The position numbers and the translations under genes are program-made. The notes beneath the pieces were generated by a model. It searched no databases and was not told where the DNA came from. It saw only the letters and a program-made list of their open reading frames with translations. From contig NW_003314356.1 in assembly GCF_000143415.4 (NCBI RefSeq), forward strand, positions 655,093-719,092: a DNA stretch of 64,000 bases, read 5' to 3'. The DNA is from Selaginella moellendorffii (Eukaryota > Plantae > Lycopodiophyta). Shown one piece after another: positions 27,139-39,449 of this stretch (positions are counted from its first letter, which is position 1; every line of letters begins with the position of its first letter).

Positions 27139-27557
27139 GAAATTGAACAAAGACCCGTCCCGGAAGTATCTCAAAGTTTTGCTCTTTGTAAATATAAGTG
27201 ATCACGATTTCGCAAAAGCACATTGTGTAAGTTTTGCGCTTCGCAGCATCCACTCCAACAGCAGCATTGCTGTGAAGCTTGCAATCTCCAAGAAAAGCTC
27301 TCCAAGCAACCAATGATCTCACAAAAAACTTTTAACTTGCCAAACATGTCCATGAGTTGAGTTTCATGCTCCACAAATGCCCAAAGCTAGAGCCGACCTC
27401 CAGCTTAATGGACAATTACCTGCAGAAACAAAGGACACCTCTGCAAACAGCTAACCTGAGAAATAGTTCCAGATCCTCATTTGTTCTGGACGTGGCGATC
27501 TATGAAAACACTAGATAGATCGAACCTTTCTGAAGTTAGTCATTCTTTCGATTTGAT

Positions 27558-28557
27558 TTACTTTTGTTTCCCGCTCTTGTGCACGAACAGGATGAATGTC
27601 ACAAGCGACCCCAGCAAGTAGCCACCGGTTGCTCCATAAGTGCATGAGATCGGCCATTGCTGAAAAAGAGCGAGTAGAAAACTACAATGGAAAAAAGACT
27701 GGGATGTATTGGACCTGCCATTCGCGTTCCCAGTCCAGGGGCATTGGCCAGGCACCAATCCAGGCTCCCACAGCAGCACCATGAGCGGGCACGCAAACTA
27801 GCAGCTCCAGAGAACCGCTTGGCCTGTAAAGTCGAGAGCAAACTTTACTTGAGAAGCTGACAAGAGAGAAGTATTCGACGAAGCTTGAACCTCGTGAACG
27901 CGAAAACTTGTTGCCAGCGTCGCCATGAAGGGCCTAGAACCATGCCAGCGGGCGCGATCTGCGTTGCAAAGGCGGCATAAGAAACTAGAGGAATCAAACA
28001 AAAAAACACGAGAGACCATCAAAGTTGACATGAAAAAGCTCCAATAGAAGGTCGGCCAGAAAAACCTGCAGGACACCAGCAAATACAAACTGCTGTTTTT
28101 TATTCTTTTTTCTTCACTGACTCGTTTCCAAACGGTGCACCCAGTGTTATGGCGAAGAATGCAATGGCAGAAGCTCCTGGCATGGAAGATCCATTCTGTC
28201 TTAGAACAAAACCAGCAAAAGAATTCACAAAACTCACCTAAAGGAATGCAGAGAAGGCCTCGCATGAGCGCCTGCCAAGCCTGAGACGAGAAGAGCAAGT
28301 GAAAGAAAATCCAAGACGTCAAAAAGAGAGGAAAAAAAAAACTCTTACCGGACAATCGCAAACAATGGTGCTAAAGAGAAGAACTTGGAGGAGGATGAGC
28401 TGAGAGAGGAAAAAACTGTCAATCCTCGCGCACGCTTTGATGGATCAGTCGATCTCACCGAATAGAAGCGACCTATGAACGCTGGAGAATGCAGCAATGC
28501 CACCGCCGCTCCCACAGCCAGCGCGCTAGACGCTGCCAGCACCGATCTAACCCCCAT
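27558..28557 (-). CDS. PIGF: GPI ethanolamine-phosphate transferase stabilising subunit PIG-F/GPI11
   Basis: Exon translations RGLLCIPLG, AFFAITL, APAGMVLGPSWRRWQQVFA, PAHGAAVGAWIGAWPMPLDWEREWQ, QWPISCTYGATGGYLLG. The PLDW..WQ.WP signature is present; 5' exon boundaries are uncertain. Confidence 0.9.
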
Positions 28558-28781
28558 AAAAGAGTTGAACTAGGGCTTTTGACTGACTGACATCACAAAC
28601 TCACTAAACCCTTAAGATGAAAAAACTATGCTAAATTTGAGTAATTTTTTTAGAAATTATATTAATAGAATAGAGTAATTTAAAGTTTAAGGATTAGGTT
28701 TCTTCGAGAGGCGTCTGAAGCAAATTTCAGCTCCTCGACTTCGTTGCAGCTGCTCAAGCTTCTCCAGTTGGAGGTTCCTGG

Positions 28782-29993
28782 ATGTCTTCGTCGTCGAAGG
28801 AACCGGAAGGAACTCCTTCCTCCTCGAGTCCTCCGGCCATGCTGAAACCGCACTTTGGCTCCGATGGACTCCCTTTCACGAACAGCAGCCAGTACAGCGA
28901 GACACAGCCAACTCCCACTGCAAGTTCTTGGTAAGTAATTTTGTAGATACTTATGATTGAATGTCTAATCAATTGTTTGTAGGGAAATCGAAACTGCTCC
29001 ATTTGATCCTCATGAAGAATTCGAGAATGCTGCTTTCGAACAATCAGCGTAAGTTTTTCGTTACTATATGCCATTGTAATTTACTATTAGTTTTTACAGG
29101 GAACCGTCCAAAATTGTTCTGCCCAATAAGAAAGCAATGGATGAGGAAACTTTGTTGGTGGAAATGTACAAGAACATGAAGGAGCTGAGACAGGACGTAC
29201 AAGAGCTGGTAAAGGAGATGAGACAGGGCGTACAAGAGCTGAAAACGGGAGTACAAGAACTGAAAACGGGAGTACAAGAACTGAAAACGGGCGTACAAGA
29301 TCTGAGAAATGACGTCAAGGACATCCTTATTAAACTATACGTCTTGCGGCTCGACGTTTCTATAGTCTGTGAGCTAGGAGCGCGAACTCTCCTCAAAGCA
29401 TTTGTCGAAGACAAGTACAGTGCAGCGTTGGAAGTGCCTTTTGCAAGGAGGCTATCATATACTCCAATTCGGAAATTGGAGGAGATGGTAAGCTTGTGTT
29501 TGTATTCCGAAGAGAAAGAGGGGACTCCGCGGTATGCTGAAATCGATTGTTATGCTGGATTTAAAGTGAATGGGTAAAATATTCTGTTTAAAGTTTTAAG
29601 TTACTGACACATCTATGCAGAGGAGTGTTTGTGGCAGAGGTTACGAGATTTTCAGTATGTAGGAAAGGCTCGAAGTACGTTCATCCAACTAAGCCTACGT
29701 GGGATGAAAGCTCAAAGCTACTTTACATGGTAGTTTTAATATCATAGTTGGAAAGGAAGTGAAGCTTGGAATGTTTTTTTTTCTAGATGATACAATTGGA
29801 GAGAGCTATTCGCGCAACGGAAGAAAATGGCCACAAGGTGAAGGTAGCCGCACTCGCAGCAATCAAGTTCCGGAAGATCCAGGACGAAAAAGATGGGAGG
29901 GACTTGATGGAAGCTGTGTTGAAACATTGGAGCTTCAACTCAAGGTTGCAGCAGCTCTTGAATGACGGTGATTTGCATGTTGTAGCTTTGTGA
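28782..29993 (+). CDS. Heptad-repeat coiled-coil protein with a putative C-terminal PD-(D/E)xK nuclease-like domain
   Basis: Five exons joined in frame by GT-AG introns: 28782-28930, 28983-29048, 29100-29573, 29621-29729, 29787-29993. (GVQELKT)n coil, then EIDCYAGF...GVFVAEVT...LLYMMIQLER. Confidence 0.72.
29187..29310 (+). repeat. 21-bp coding tandem repeat (GGAGTACAAGAACTGAAAACG) encoding heptad GVQELKT
   Basis: About 4-5 near-identical units are visible in the DNA. Confidence 0.9.
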
Positions 29994-30399
29994 CAAGGAA
30001 AGGCTCTTAAAAGAAACTCTCGTGGAGCTTGCCCACACCTTTCTAGTAAACCAAGGAACTTTAAATGGAACGCTTGATTTTCTATTGCAATACCAAAATG
30101 GAAGCAATGGAGACCTGTTTATAGGAGCTCGAAGCAAAAGAGAAAGGATAACATACGATTTGTATCACAGCCGACAGCTCATAGTCTCAAAGTTTGTTTT
30201 TTTTTTTTTTTCTGTTCTGTTTTTAGCAATGACAAGTATAAGAGTGCGTTGTGGTGATTCCATTCCAGTGGCAATGGGGCCAAAGTATGGCCGGAGGTTT
30301 TAGATTTTGATCCATTTGCATTGGATTGGAGACAGCATTGGGGGCCCTCTGGAAGGCGGGAGAGATTCTGTTCGGCCATTTCAAAGGAAATCCAGGGAT

Positions 30400-30950
30400 G
30401 ATTCGACGTGGAAGCCGCAGCCGCGCACAAAAAGGATGTGGCGCCCTCGCAACAGGAGATCGATGCCGAGAATCGAGCGAGAGTTTCTTCGATGAGCTCG
30501 CAAGAAATCTCTGACGCTCACAGGATAAAGCCATGCTACTCCAAAAGACGCGAAGATGCAAATTCCTGTTCGAGCGAACGAGCAAGAAAAGAGTGTCAAA
30601 GTGGTGGCCGGAGGCATGACGAGCGCATGGACCGAGAGGGTCGAAGCTATTTTGGCTTGGATGGAGACACAGACATTTCCGGTAAGTTTCTTTTTTCCTT
30701 TTTAGTTTTCTTGGAGCTGACAATACTGTATACAAGATATTTCTAGCGTTGCGCAGCCGAAGGAGAGCCTTCTGCACTGTGCTACACCATCTAGGAGGCC
30801 GCATTACTTTCACCAAGCATGGTAGTGTTTCTCTAAAACACAAGATAATGCGATTTTGTTTTCTAAGGATAGAGCTCTGCTGGGACCATTCTCAAATGCT
30901 GCTAGTGGCCTCCAAGACGGAAGAAATGACTTGTCTTGGTCCACAGCCGC
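30400..30950 (+). pseudogene. RPAP1/IYO (MINIYO)-like gene fragment
   Basis: SQQEIDAENRARVSSMSSQEISDA resembles the RPAP1_N motif; GEPSALCYT (~30762) resembles GDPGAAGYT. Disrupted and truncated. Confidence 0.55.
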
Positions 30951-31120
30951 CCTCAAAGCTTAAGTACATATGCTCTTTCGTTTGTTTCTTCTATTGACAT
31001 TCCTGGCTTACTATCACTTTGGAATACACTCTTTTGGTCGCAGAGGTCATGGCATTGCAATTATATCATGGTTTAGTGTTGTTTTAGATAATTACATAGA
31101 GCTCTGGGAATAAATTTTTT

Positions 31121-32746
31121 ATGGATCGAAACAAATGGATTCTTTGGATTGAATCTAGCAACACAGTGACAGTAGCTAGGAAAATCCACGCCCACATCAG
31201 CAGTGCAATTCATCCCACAGATGTTTTCCTTCACAACAAGCTCATTGAGATGTATGGTAAATGTGGAGACACACTCCAAGCTCGTAATGTTTTTGATGGT
31301 ATTTCAACAAAAGACGCCCACTCGTGGGTATTCATGCTCTCTGCCTATGCAAGAAATGGCCAAATGCAAGAGGCTGAGAGTATTTTTGCTTCCATGCCAA
31401 GTAAAAATTCGGAATCTCAAAATGCCATGCTGGCTGCCTATGCACACAATGAAAAGCTTTCGGATGCAAAAAGGATCTTTGATTCTCTTATGGAAAAGAC
31501 AATTGTTTCATGGAATGCAATGATCTCTGCTTATGCCCAAAACGGGCATTTGGATTGTGCCAAGGCTACATTTGATTCTATGCCAGAACGAAACTTGATT
31601 TCTTGGAATTCGCTCTTGTCTGGCTACGCTTACATCCGTGATATGTGCTTCATTATTTGGATTTACAATGAAATGCCGGAGTGGAATATAGTGTCTACAA
31701 CTACTATGCTCGTCGCAACTGCCCAAACCGGGAATTTGATCGAATCAAAGAGACTGTTTGTATCAATGTTAGAAAGGAACTTGGTGGCGTACAATGCAAT
31801 GTTGTTCGTTCACGTTTTAAGAAATCAGCTGAAAGCTGCAAAGTCTGTGTACGAAGAAATGCCAGAGCACGACATGGCATCGTGGACCAGCATCATGTCT
31901 GCGTATGCCCAACGGGGGCATCTGGAGGATGCCAAATGTATCTTTGACACGATGCGTGAGAGGAACCTTGTGTGCTGGAATGCGATGCTATCAACGTATG
32001 CCCAGAACGAGCGTGTGGAGGAGGCGGCGAATATCCTGTCGGACATGCCCGAGCACGACCTCGTCTCGTGGAACACGATGCTGGCGGCTTGGGTGGCGGC
32101 CGGTCGCATTGACCGTGCCATTGACCTCTTCAGTCAAATGCCCGCGAGGGACATTGTCTCGTGGAACTCGATCCTGTGCGTTGACATTATGACCGATGGC
32201 GGCGGGGAGTTGACTTTTGCTCGACGGAGGTTCCACAGGATCCCGGAGGAGAACTTGGTATCCTCCTCAACTATGCTCACAGCATATGCCCAGAATGGGC
32301 ATCTTGATCGTGCCTTTGACCTCTTCCAGTCAATGTCGTGGACCGGTATCTCTCCCGACGCCATCTGTTTCATACCCCTTCTCATCTCGTGCAGCAACGG
32401 GGGAACGATGAGCTCGGGGCGGCGCTTCTTTGTGTCGATGCGCGAGGATTTTCACATAGAGCCGATCAAGCAGCATTTCTGCTGCATGATCGATCTGCTG
32501 GGGAGGGAGGGCGCGATTGAAGATGCCTGGGACTTGATCACGAGCATGCCTTTTGTGCCAAATGCCCTCCAGTGGAGATGCCTCTTGAGTGCTTGCCGAA
32601 GCCACAAGCGTCACTTGCATGGAACCGCTGCTGCCATCTCGACCGTCGATCTCGAGCCCACTGCAGCTTCATCATATGTTCTTCTAGCTAACATGCACAG
32701 GTCTCCAAGTAAAGCCACAATAAAATCTTCCCAGAAATCTGTATAA
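31121..32746 (+). CDS. PLS/SS-rich PPR protein with E domain
   Basis: 541-aa intact ORF with tandem ~31-aa motifs (MPERNLISWN, AYAQNGHL) and HFCCMIDLLGR...W.CLLSAC..H...SSYVLLANM. Confidence 0.93.
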   Translation: MDRNKWILWIESSNTVTVARKIHAHISSAIHPTDVFLHNKLIEMYGKCGDTLQARNVFDGISTKDAHSWVFMLSAYARNGQMQEAESIFASMPSKNSESQNAMLAAYAHNEKLSDAKRIFDSLMEKTIVSWNAMISAYAQNGHLDCAKATFDSMPERNLISWNSLLSGYAYIRDMCFIIWIYNEMPEWNIVSTTTMLVATAQTGNLIESKRLFVSMLERNLVAYNAMLFVHVLRNQLKAAKSVYEEMPEHDMASWTSIMSAYAQRGHLEDAKCIFDTMRERNLVCWNAMLSTYAQNERVEEAANILSDMPEHDLVSWNTMLAAWVAAGRIDRAIDLFSQMPARDIVSWNSILCVDIMTDGGGELTFARRRFHRIPEENLVSSSTMLTAYAQNGHLDRAFDLFQSMSWTGISPDAICFIPLLISCSNGGTMSSGRRFFVSMREDFHIEPIKQHFCCMIDLLGREGAIEDAWDLITSMPFVPNALQWRCLLSACRSHKRHLHGTAAAISTVDLEPTAASSYVLLANMHRSPSKATIKSSQKSV

Positions 32747-33019
32747 AATACCAACTTAGTAATCAAAGATACCGTGTAAAGGTTGGCATCATTTTCATCT
32801 TTAATCGAACTATACATACTATAAAAGTTGCAAGTACCTTCGTCCAAAATTTTAACTTTGCACACACAAACCAAACACTTAATCATAGCCAGAACTTTCG
32901 GCCTTGAACAGGAAAGAAGATCCATGATCAGAGTTCTTGAGAGTTTTCTCCCAGCTATGATGGATATGAATGTAACGCCTTAAAATCCTTCCAATCGATC
33001 CATCTTATCTTGCGATCTA

Positions 33020-34169
33020 TCACTTCTTCGATTTGCTGTTCACCTCGAAGACGTACTTGACCAGCGAATCCTTGATGCCCAGCAGCTGCGGGAATTCGGA
33101 GCTCAACTTCTTGGTGTCCAGCTCGTTGTTGCTCCTCGGCGCCACAATCACCTTGGCTTGCTCCTCGAGGCTAAAGTTCTTCCACTTGAAGCTCGGATCC
33201 ACGTACTGGCGATACATCTCCAATATCTCGTTGTGGCTCACCACCCCTGGATTCGTGAAGTTCCATATCCCCGTGAGGTTGCGCTTAGCCATCTCGATCG
33301 AGATTGGCAGCAGCTCGTCCAGCACCGTCATGGAATTCGGGATGTTCACCACTTTCTCGTAGCGCGTGATCTTGGTGATGAAGTTGCGAGGATTGGCGAG
33401 GTCGCTGGAAATTGGCATTCGCACGCGAAGTGTACAGACGTTCTCGTAGTTCTTGAGGAGCTCCTCTACCTGGAAAAAAGAAAGAATTGTCAGATCATAG
33501 ATCGTGAAAACGGATGCTCGAGTATGATCGCTTAAAATGCTTCACTAAATTCTAGATTTTGTGGAAGCCCAATAGATTCTTCCGTTGGACTTCTCTAAGA
33601 TTCGTTGCCTGGGAGCTAGATCTGGATGGAATGCTATGGAAAACCCTAGCGGCAGCAAGCAATGCAAGATCCAAAGAAGGAATTCCACTCACCATGGCTT
33701 TGGTTTTGGAGTAGAAAGATCCCACGAAATTTGGGGCGTCCTCCTCGGTGAATCCCACGCCGCTGTCGATCTGGTGGCCTCCATCGTACTCGAAGATGCA
33801 TCCAGTGGCGAAATTCACGAGCAAGAGGCCATGGCCGCGGCACACATCCGCGAGATTGAGCGTGCCGACGACATTGGCGCGGATCGTCTCCACCCTGTGA
33901 TCCTCGCACCAATCCACGTTGGGGCGGCCGGTGACGCCCGCGGCATTCATCACATGCGAGGGCTTGGCCGCCGCAATGTCGGCCTCCAATCCAGCCCTAT
34001 CCTCGAGCCTGCCCGATCCATACACGAAATCGATGCCCTGCTCGCGGCAGAGCTTCCCCAGGAGGCCGCCGATCCACCCGGTGCGGCCGTAGATCAAGAA
34101 TTTCAAGGCGCCGCCGCCGCTGGATCCATTGCTGGAATTGCCGGCGCCGCTGCTGAGAGGAACAACCAT
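33020..34169 (-). CDS. UER1: Bifunctional nucleotide-rhamnose 3,5-epimerase/4-reductase (NRS/ER)
   Basis: Exons 34169-33693 and 33469-33020 (308 aa). Motifs KFLIYGRTGWIGGLLG, AAGVTGRPNVDWCE, GSFYSKTKAM, LRVRMPISSDL, NFTNPGVVSHNEIL. Confidence 0.96.
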
Positions 34170-34410
34170 GGCGCCGGCGAGCCGCGAGGCGATGATCGCT
34201 CGCGCTCTCCCGGAGATCTAATCGCTTGAGCTCTCGGAGGAGAATGGAATGTGATGAGATCTTTGCCCAAGAAAAGGAAAAGAGACCAACATCCGAATAT
34301 GCTTGGGTTGACCGTTGACAAGGATCTTTTTCTTTTTAGGGTTCTTCACTTCCCGCGTTAAAAGTTTAGGGTTCTTTGAGGTGTCCAGTGCTTTCGTTTG
34401 CACCCCAGGG

Positions 34411-34990
34411 AATGGCTTCTTCCCCAATTTTCCAGTAGGCCGTGGAGCTCTCTCAGGCCAAGGTCGAGCTGGACGTGCTGCGAATTCCATCTGGGCTCTT
34501 CGGCGAGAGAGAGAAGACAGCTCTGTGGATTCACCCAAATTACGAGCTCCTGGAGGATTTCATCGAGACTGCCGAGTGGAGGAACGTCCATGTTGTTGCC
34601 ACTCCCGGCGTGGGAAACTCCTAATTTGGGCATTGATGGCTCTTTCGGCAGGCACAGCGCAAGAACAAGGTGGTCAAGAAAGCGGATGGTGTTAACTGGT
34701 TCTACTACTTCGATTTCTCGCTGGAGAAGCCTGTGGTTTGGATTTCCAATTGCTACGAGGGCTTGCCGAGATGGGACATGAGAAAAGTCTGGCTGATCGT
34801 CGATGGAGCATCGAGAAAGCAACCACATCCAGGCAGGAGTCTTCCGCTGGCGCCTCCATATCGCGACGCGTACTATAGCTTCGCGAAGGACACTAGGATA
34901 GTCTGCCATTTGGAAGCTTGGTCTTTGGAGGAACTGGAGCAGTGCAACCGAGCTCTGGGATGAAGCGAGAGCTCGATTCAAAGTCTGTGG
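34411..34990 (+). pseudogene. Crinkler/RHS-type NTPase pseudogene fragment (copy 1)
   Basis: Walker A remnant VVATPGVGNS*F, Walker B remnant VWLIVDG, and the CHLEAWSLEELEQC motif; stop and frameshifts. Confidence 0.62.
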
Positions 34991-35189
34991 CAACTAGACA
35001 AACACTATGGCTTGACCCCCAATTCTCATCCTAAATATCTTAGATAAAGTCCATGTGCACTTGAATGTTACTGCCCTATCCATGATCGCATCAATTACAT
35101 CATCTGAGTCATGCAGAACTTGGCTACCCCATCACAGAGATCTCTATCCAACCTGCAATGTTCACTCTCACCTATATTACAATTAAATC

Positions 35190-36190
35190 CTGATTTCAAA
35201 CTAAAACCTTCGTTCATAATTATCCATCCTGGCTACAATAGCTTTCATTTCTTTCATGTCCAATTTGAGGTGTGTATTTAATATAAATAGAGCTTCTCTT
35301 GGAAATTCTTCTCCCATTAGTTATCTTGAGACACTTCTCCTTGGTTACACATGCCTTGAAAGGCAACATCACTCTAATATTACACTGCTCTTCTGACACA
35401 CTTCGTAGAGATTTGGGTAAGGTGTTGCAGCCTTTCCATGCTAGCTAACAGCGTCCGTGTCTCATGGAATTATCTGGGCTATGATGTAATCGTTTAACTA
35501 GACTAGAGTAAGCTCCTTTTCTGCTGAAATATCCCTAATACAGGTTAGTTTGATCCGCTATCACTTTAGCGTGCGCAGCCTCTTGTGATAGAGAACACAG
35601 ACTCATCATCTCTGGTTGCATCCAGCACTGATTGATACGCTCTTTCTGTTTCAACCATCTCAAGCAACAAGCGGAGAGTTTCTCTCTAGCCATAGCTGTC
35701 AACTTTGCAATCGCATCTGCTGATCAAAAGTTCTGGATCCAACATGGAATTGTCCAGGTTATTATCCAAGACATCTTGGTATAACTCTTGTTTCACCACA
35801 AACGTTGGGTGTTCCCTAATCATGTCAAAGAAGAGACTGAATATAACTGCTGTACACATTCCCCGTATTGCCCTTCGATAGCAAGGCATTCACAGACACA
35901 TTTGTAACTTTCTTCCTCACGATGTCCAATCTTTTCAATGAGCTGTTCAAATGACTAAGTCTATCATGTTATGGGGATAACTAAGCATATCTTCAAAGAC
36001 TTTCTTCCTCACATGAGCTGTTTAAATGACTAAGTCTATCATATTATAAGGATAACTAAGCATATCTTCAAGACTTTCTTCCTCACGATGTCCATCTTTT
36101 AGCTGTTTAAGTGACAAGTGTAACGTGTTATAGGGATAGCTCATCTTCAAACGTGTTTTGATCGCAAGTCTCATCAATTACCTCGTCTGG
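35190..36190 (-). pseudogene. Decayed copy of the orphan gene at 49414-50571
   Basis: Shares SLFFDMIREHP, VLDNNLDNSM, DP.LLIS.C.CKVD.YG; contains deletions, stops and a triplicated ~70 bp unit at ~35910-36120. Confidence 0.88.
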
Positions 36191-36289
36191 GAAGAAATAA
36201 TGTTTCATGGCAAGTCTCACAGAAATCTCTACTTAACATACAAAACCAGATCTCATCCTCTTCTTGCTTAACCCTAAAACCTGCCAACT

Positions 36290-37960
36290 TTATCCTGATT
36301 TGACGTTGGAAAGTAGGATATGAAATCCCGACGATTCGCAATGCTGGACCTGTTCTTGAGCTCTCTTGATCGCTCCAGCTTCGTCCGGATGGACGCGACA
36401 ACCTCCCAGGAAGCTCGTCCATGCCACTTCCCCATGGGATCGATCATCAGCGGTGATGAGATTCTCGGCCTCTTTCAACCGCCCAGCTCTTCCAAGAAGA
36501 TCCACGACGCAAGCGCGGTGTTCTTGCCCTGGCTGGATCCCATAATCCGCTTCCATCGCTCCCACGCAGCGCAGCGCCTCCTCGTCCAGGAATCCAGAGT
36601 GCCGGCACGCAGAGAGAATGCTCAAGAAAGTGATAGCGTTTGGATCGACGCCTTCTTGCTGCATCCGGCGGAAGAGAGCGAGGGATTCTTCGCCGCGGCC
36701 GTGGTGGGCGCACGATTCTATCATGGAGCTCCACGAGATCACGTCCCTGTGCTGGCCGCTGCTCGAGAAGATCGACCTGGCCTCCTGGAGACCACCGCAT
36801 TGAGAATATTTCGCGAGCAGAGCGTTCTTGATCTCCAAGAAGGATGAAAAGCCCGATCCAACAATCCTGGAGTGGATTGCCCGGACGCTACTCAAGGAAT
36901 TGGAGCAGGCATTCACGACCGCGACGAATGTGACCCTGTCTGGCTTCACACCTTCCAAATCCATCCTGCGAAAGAGCTGGAACGCCTCCTCCTCGCGATC
37001 TTCCAGCGCCGTGATGAGCGTCGTCCAGGAAACGGCATCTGGAGCCAGACCCCCCTCCCGGCGCATCATCTCGAAGAGCCGGAGCGCAGCACCGATTCTT
37101 CTACCCTGCGCTAGCGCCGCGATCGTCGCGTTCCACAAGATTAGGGTTCGCGGGATTCTCACGTGCTGGAAGACGCTACAGGCTTCTTGAATTTTCCCGC
37201 TCTTTGCAAGCATTTCGATCAGCGCCACGGCGAGGATCTCATTCTCTCGATCCAGCTCCAGGCAACGGATCTGGCCAAGAATGCTCCATCCCTGCGCGAA
37301 ATCGCCGATCGCCGTGCACGCGCCAATCGCAGTGCTGAAGCTAAATCCATCCGGCCTCACTCCCATTTGATGCATCCTCCAGAAAATCTCCAAGCCCCTT
37401 CTCCCCTCCCCATTCCAAGAACACACAGCCATGAGCGAATTCCACACATCGCTGTCGATCTCCTGCTCTTGGCACAAGAGCGATCTCGCCTCGTCAATCC
37501 GGCCGCATCGGCCATACGCATGGATCAGCGCTGCCGCCACGACTGCATCGCATCCGCCGCGCTGGAGAAATATTTCGTGAATCCCCCGGACCTCGCTCGC
37601 CGCGTTCTTGATCTGCGAGCACGGGCCCAGAACCGAGCTGAGGGTGAAATCGTCCGGCAAGATCCCTTGACACTGCATCCGCCGGAAGCAATCCATGGCC
37701 TCGTCGAAATGCCCGTGGCGGGCAAATGCCGCGATGGCGATGTTCCAGGAGAAGATGTTCTTGGCGGCTATGGCGGTGAAGCACGACACCGCATCCTCGA
37801 GGCTGCCGCATCTGGCGTACATTTCCACGAGGAGATTGGCGATGAATGTGTTGGTGGCGTGGCCATCGTGATCGATTAGGGCGTGGAGCTTCCTGCCATC
37901 GTCAAGGCTGTGGCACTGCTTCACCAGGCAGCCATAGCCATAGATCAAGCCGTCGTGCAT
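36290..37960 (-). CDS. PLS-class PPR protein, truncated E region
   Basis: 556-aa intact ORF with EMYARCGSLEDA, NIFSWN, DVISWSSMI, HRACVVDLLGRAGRLKEAE. Confidence 0.9.
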   Translation of the reverse strand: MHDGLIYGYGCLVKQCHSLDDGRKLHALIDHDGHATNTFIANLLVEMYARCGSLEDAVSCFTAIAAKNIFSWNIAIAAFARHGHFDEAMDCFRRMQCQGILPDDFTLSSVLGPCSQIKNAASEVRGIHEIFLQRGGCDAVVAAALIHAYGRCGRIDEARSLLCQEQEIDSDVWNSLMAVCSWNGEGRRGLEIFWRMHQMGVRPDGFSFSTAIGACTAIGDFAQGWSILGQIRCLELDRENEILAVALIEMLAKSGKIQEACSVFQHVRIPRTLILWNATIAALAQGRRIGAALRLFEMMRREGGLAPDAVSWTTLITALEDREEEAFQLFRRMDLEGVKPDRVTFVAVVNACSNSLSSVRAIHSRIVGSGFSSFLEIKNALLAKYSQCGGLQEARSIFSSSGQHRDVISWSSMIESCAHHGRGEESLALFRRMQQEGVDPNAITFLSILSACRHSGFLDEEALRCVGAMEADYGIQPGQEHRACVVDLLGRAGRLKEAENLITADDRSHGEVAWTSFLGGCRVHPDEAGAIKRAQEQVQHCESSGFHILLSNVKSG

Positions 37961-38216
37961 GACATTGCCCTAAAACTTCTACCTCTGGGATTTGAGAAAC
38001 TTTAACTATAGAACTTGCGCGCAGTTTTTTAGGCTTTGCTTAATAAGATAACTCTCTGTTCGTATCAATTAACTTGTCCATGATCGTATCCATTAAACCT
38101 TGGCATTTCATGCAGAGCCTGGGAAGCCCATCGCACAAATCTATGTCCACTTGATATGTGACAAATAAAATTATTTATGAGTATGTATTAAACTTAAACT
38201 AAAATAAAACAGAGTA

Positions 38217-39314
38217 TTAAACTCCTTTGTTCAACCTTGAACGGAGACTTTTTATGTGATCTAGATCATAATCATCAAACATGACCTCCTCCTGCATGTT
38301 TTCTAAAGATTTCCTGTGCTCCTCGTGCTTCTCCTTCACATCCTCCCGCAGAAACTCCAACGTTTTCAGCATCCAAGCCCCGCTCAGGTCAACCACCATC
38401 TTCCCAAATGGCATGGAGGACGTTTGCATGTATTCTTCTCGTTGATCAAGAACACTCTCCACAACGTTGTAACAAAGGCTAACGTACGGCACGATTGGAC
38501 GTGGCAAGTCTTCGTCAGCTTGTGGTGATGCAATCCGTGGTTCCCAAGTCATCGTCTTGTAATTCCAACAAGGACCCGCGGTAGCCCTGGACCTTGGCTT
38601 GAACAGTAGCTCATCTTCTATTCCATCACACATCTCCATCTCCCAGCCAAAGTTCTTGTTGAGCAAACCAGACAGCAGATTTTGATCGTCACCGTCGCCG
38701 TTATCGTCGTCGTCGCCACTGAATTCCCAGAGCATTGCGCGCCGCAGCTTGGAAATGCTATATCCGTAAGACTCCTGGGCATTCTTAAAGTGCTCCAGGA
38801 GAACACCCGCTTCCGCCATCGCCATAAACGCCATGAACCAGTTGTAGCTCCCAAGCCTGGCCGAAAGAAAAGCATCCCTCGCCTTCTCATACACCGATAA
38901 ACACCTCAGGTAATCAACAGTGGGCGGCTCCGGCATCGAACCAACAACCACAAAATTAGCTTCATCAGATGCGTCAACTTTGAGCTGATCTTCCAGGCGA
39001 GGGGCCAAACAACCCCTGTTGCTTTCGAGAGGATCATAAGTAAAAGTCTTCCCCAAAGCTGGAGCACTGCCAATCTTGGTGAGGATACGCTCATATGTTA
39101 TGAGATCCCAATCTTGCCTGTCAGCCGGCAATTCGAGTGCGGTTTGCATCCTAAGACCACTCCAAATCTCATCGATAGTCTTCCCCGTTTTTTTCCCATA
39201 CCAAACCAGAGCAACCCACATCCTGTGAGTTAATCTCATACCTAAAACCTCTATCAAATCAATGATAGTCTTCATAGGCGACGTATGCATATCGAGGAAA
39301 CTTGTCATGGCCAT
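38217..39314 (-). CDS. Intronless hypothetical protein, 365 aa
   Basis: Long ORF with ATG start flanked by AT-rich intergenic DNA; no recognisable motif. Confidence 0.65.
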   Translation of the reverse strand: MAMTSFLDMHTSPMKTIIDLIEVLGMRLTHRMWVALVWYGKKTGKTIDEIWSGLRMQTALELPADRQDWDLITYERILTKIGSAPALGKTFTYDPLESNRGCLAPRLEDQLKVDASDEANFVVVGSMPEPPTVDYLRCLSVYEKARDAFLSARLGSYNWFMAFMAMAEAGVLLEHFKNAQESYGYSISKLRRAMLWEFSGDDDDNGDGDDQNLLSGLLNKNFGWEMEMCDGIEDELLFKPRSRATAGPCWNYKTMTWEPRIASPQADEDLPRPIVPYVSLCYNVVESVLDQREEYMQTSSMPFGKMVVDLSGAWMLKTLEFLREDVKEKHEEHRKSLENMQEEVMFDDYDLDHIKSLRSRLNKGV

Positions 39315-39449
39315 GCTTATTTAATATCCTTAGGTAAGGTTTTTACACCTTTTATACACACAACTTCTGAGCCATATATGGTCTTTGTCCAAATATGGTA
39401 ATTTTATTTTGAGACTAAAGAGATAACGCAGTCTTCTTAGAATTTACGA

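Noticed and set aside
33585-34229. 214-aa + strand ORF
   Set aside because: Antisense shadow of UER1 exon 1.
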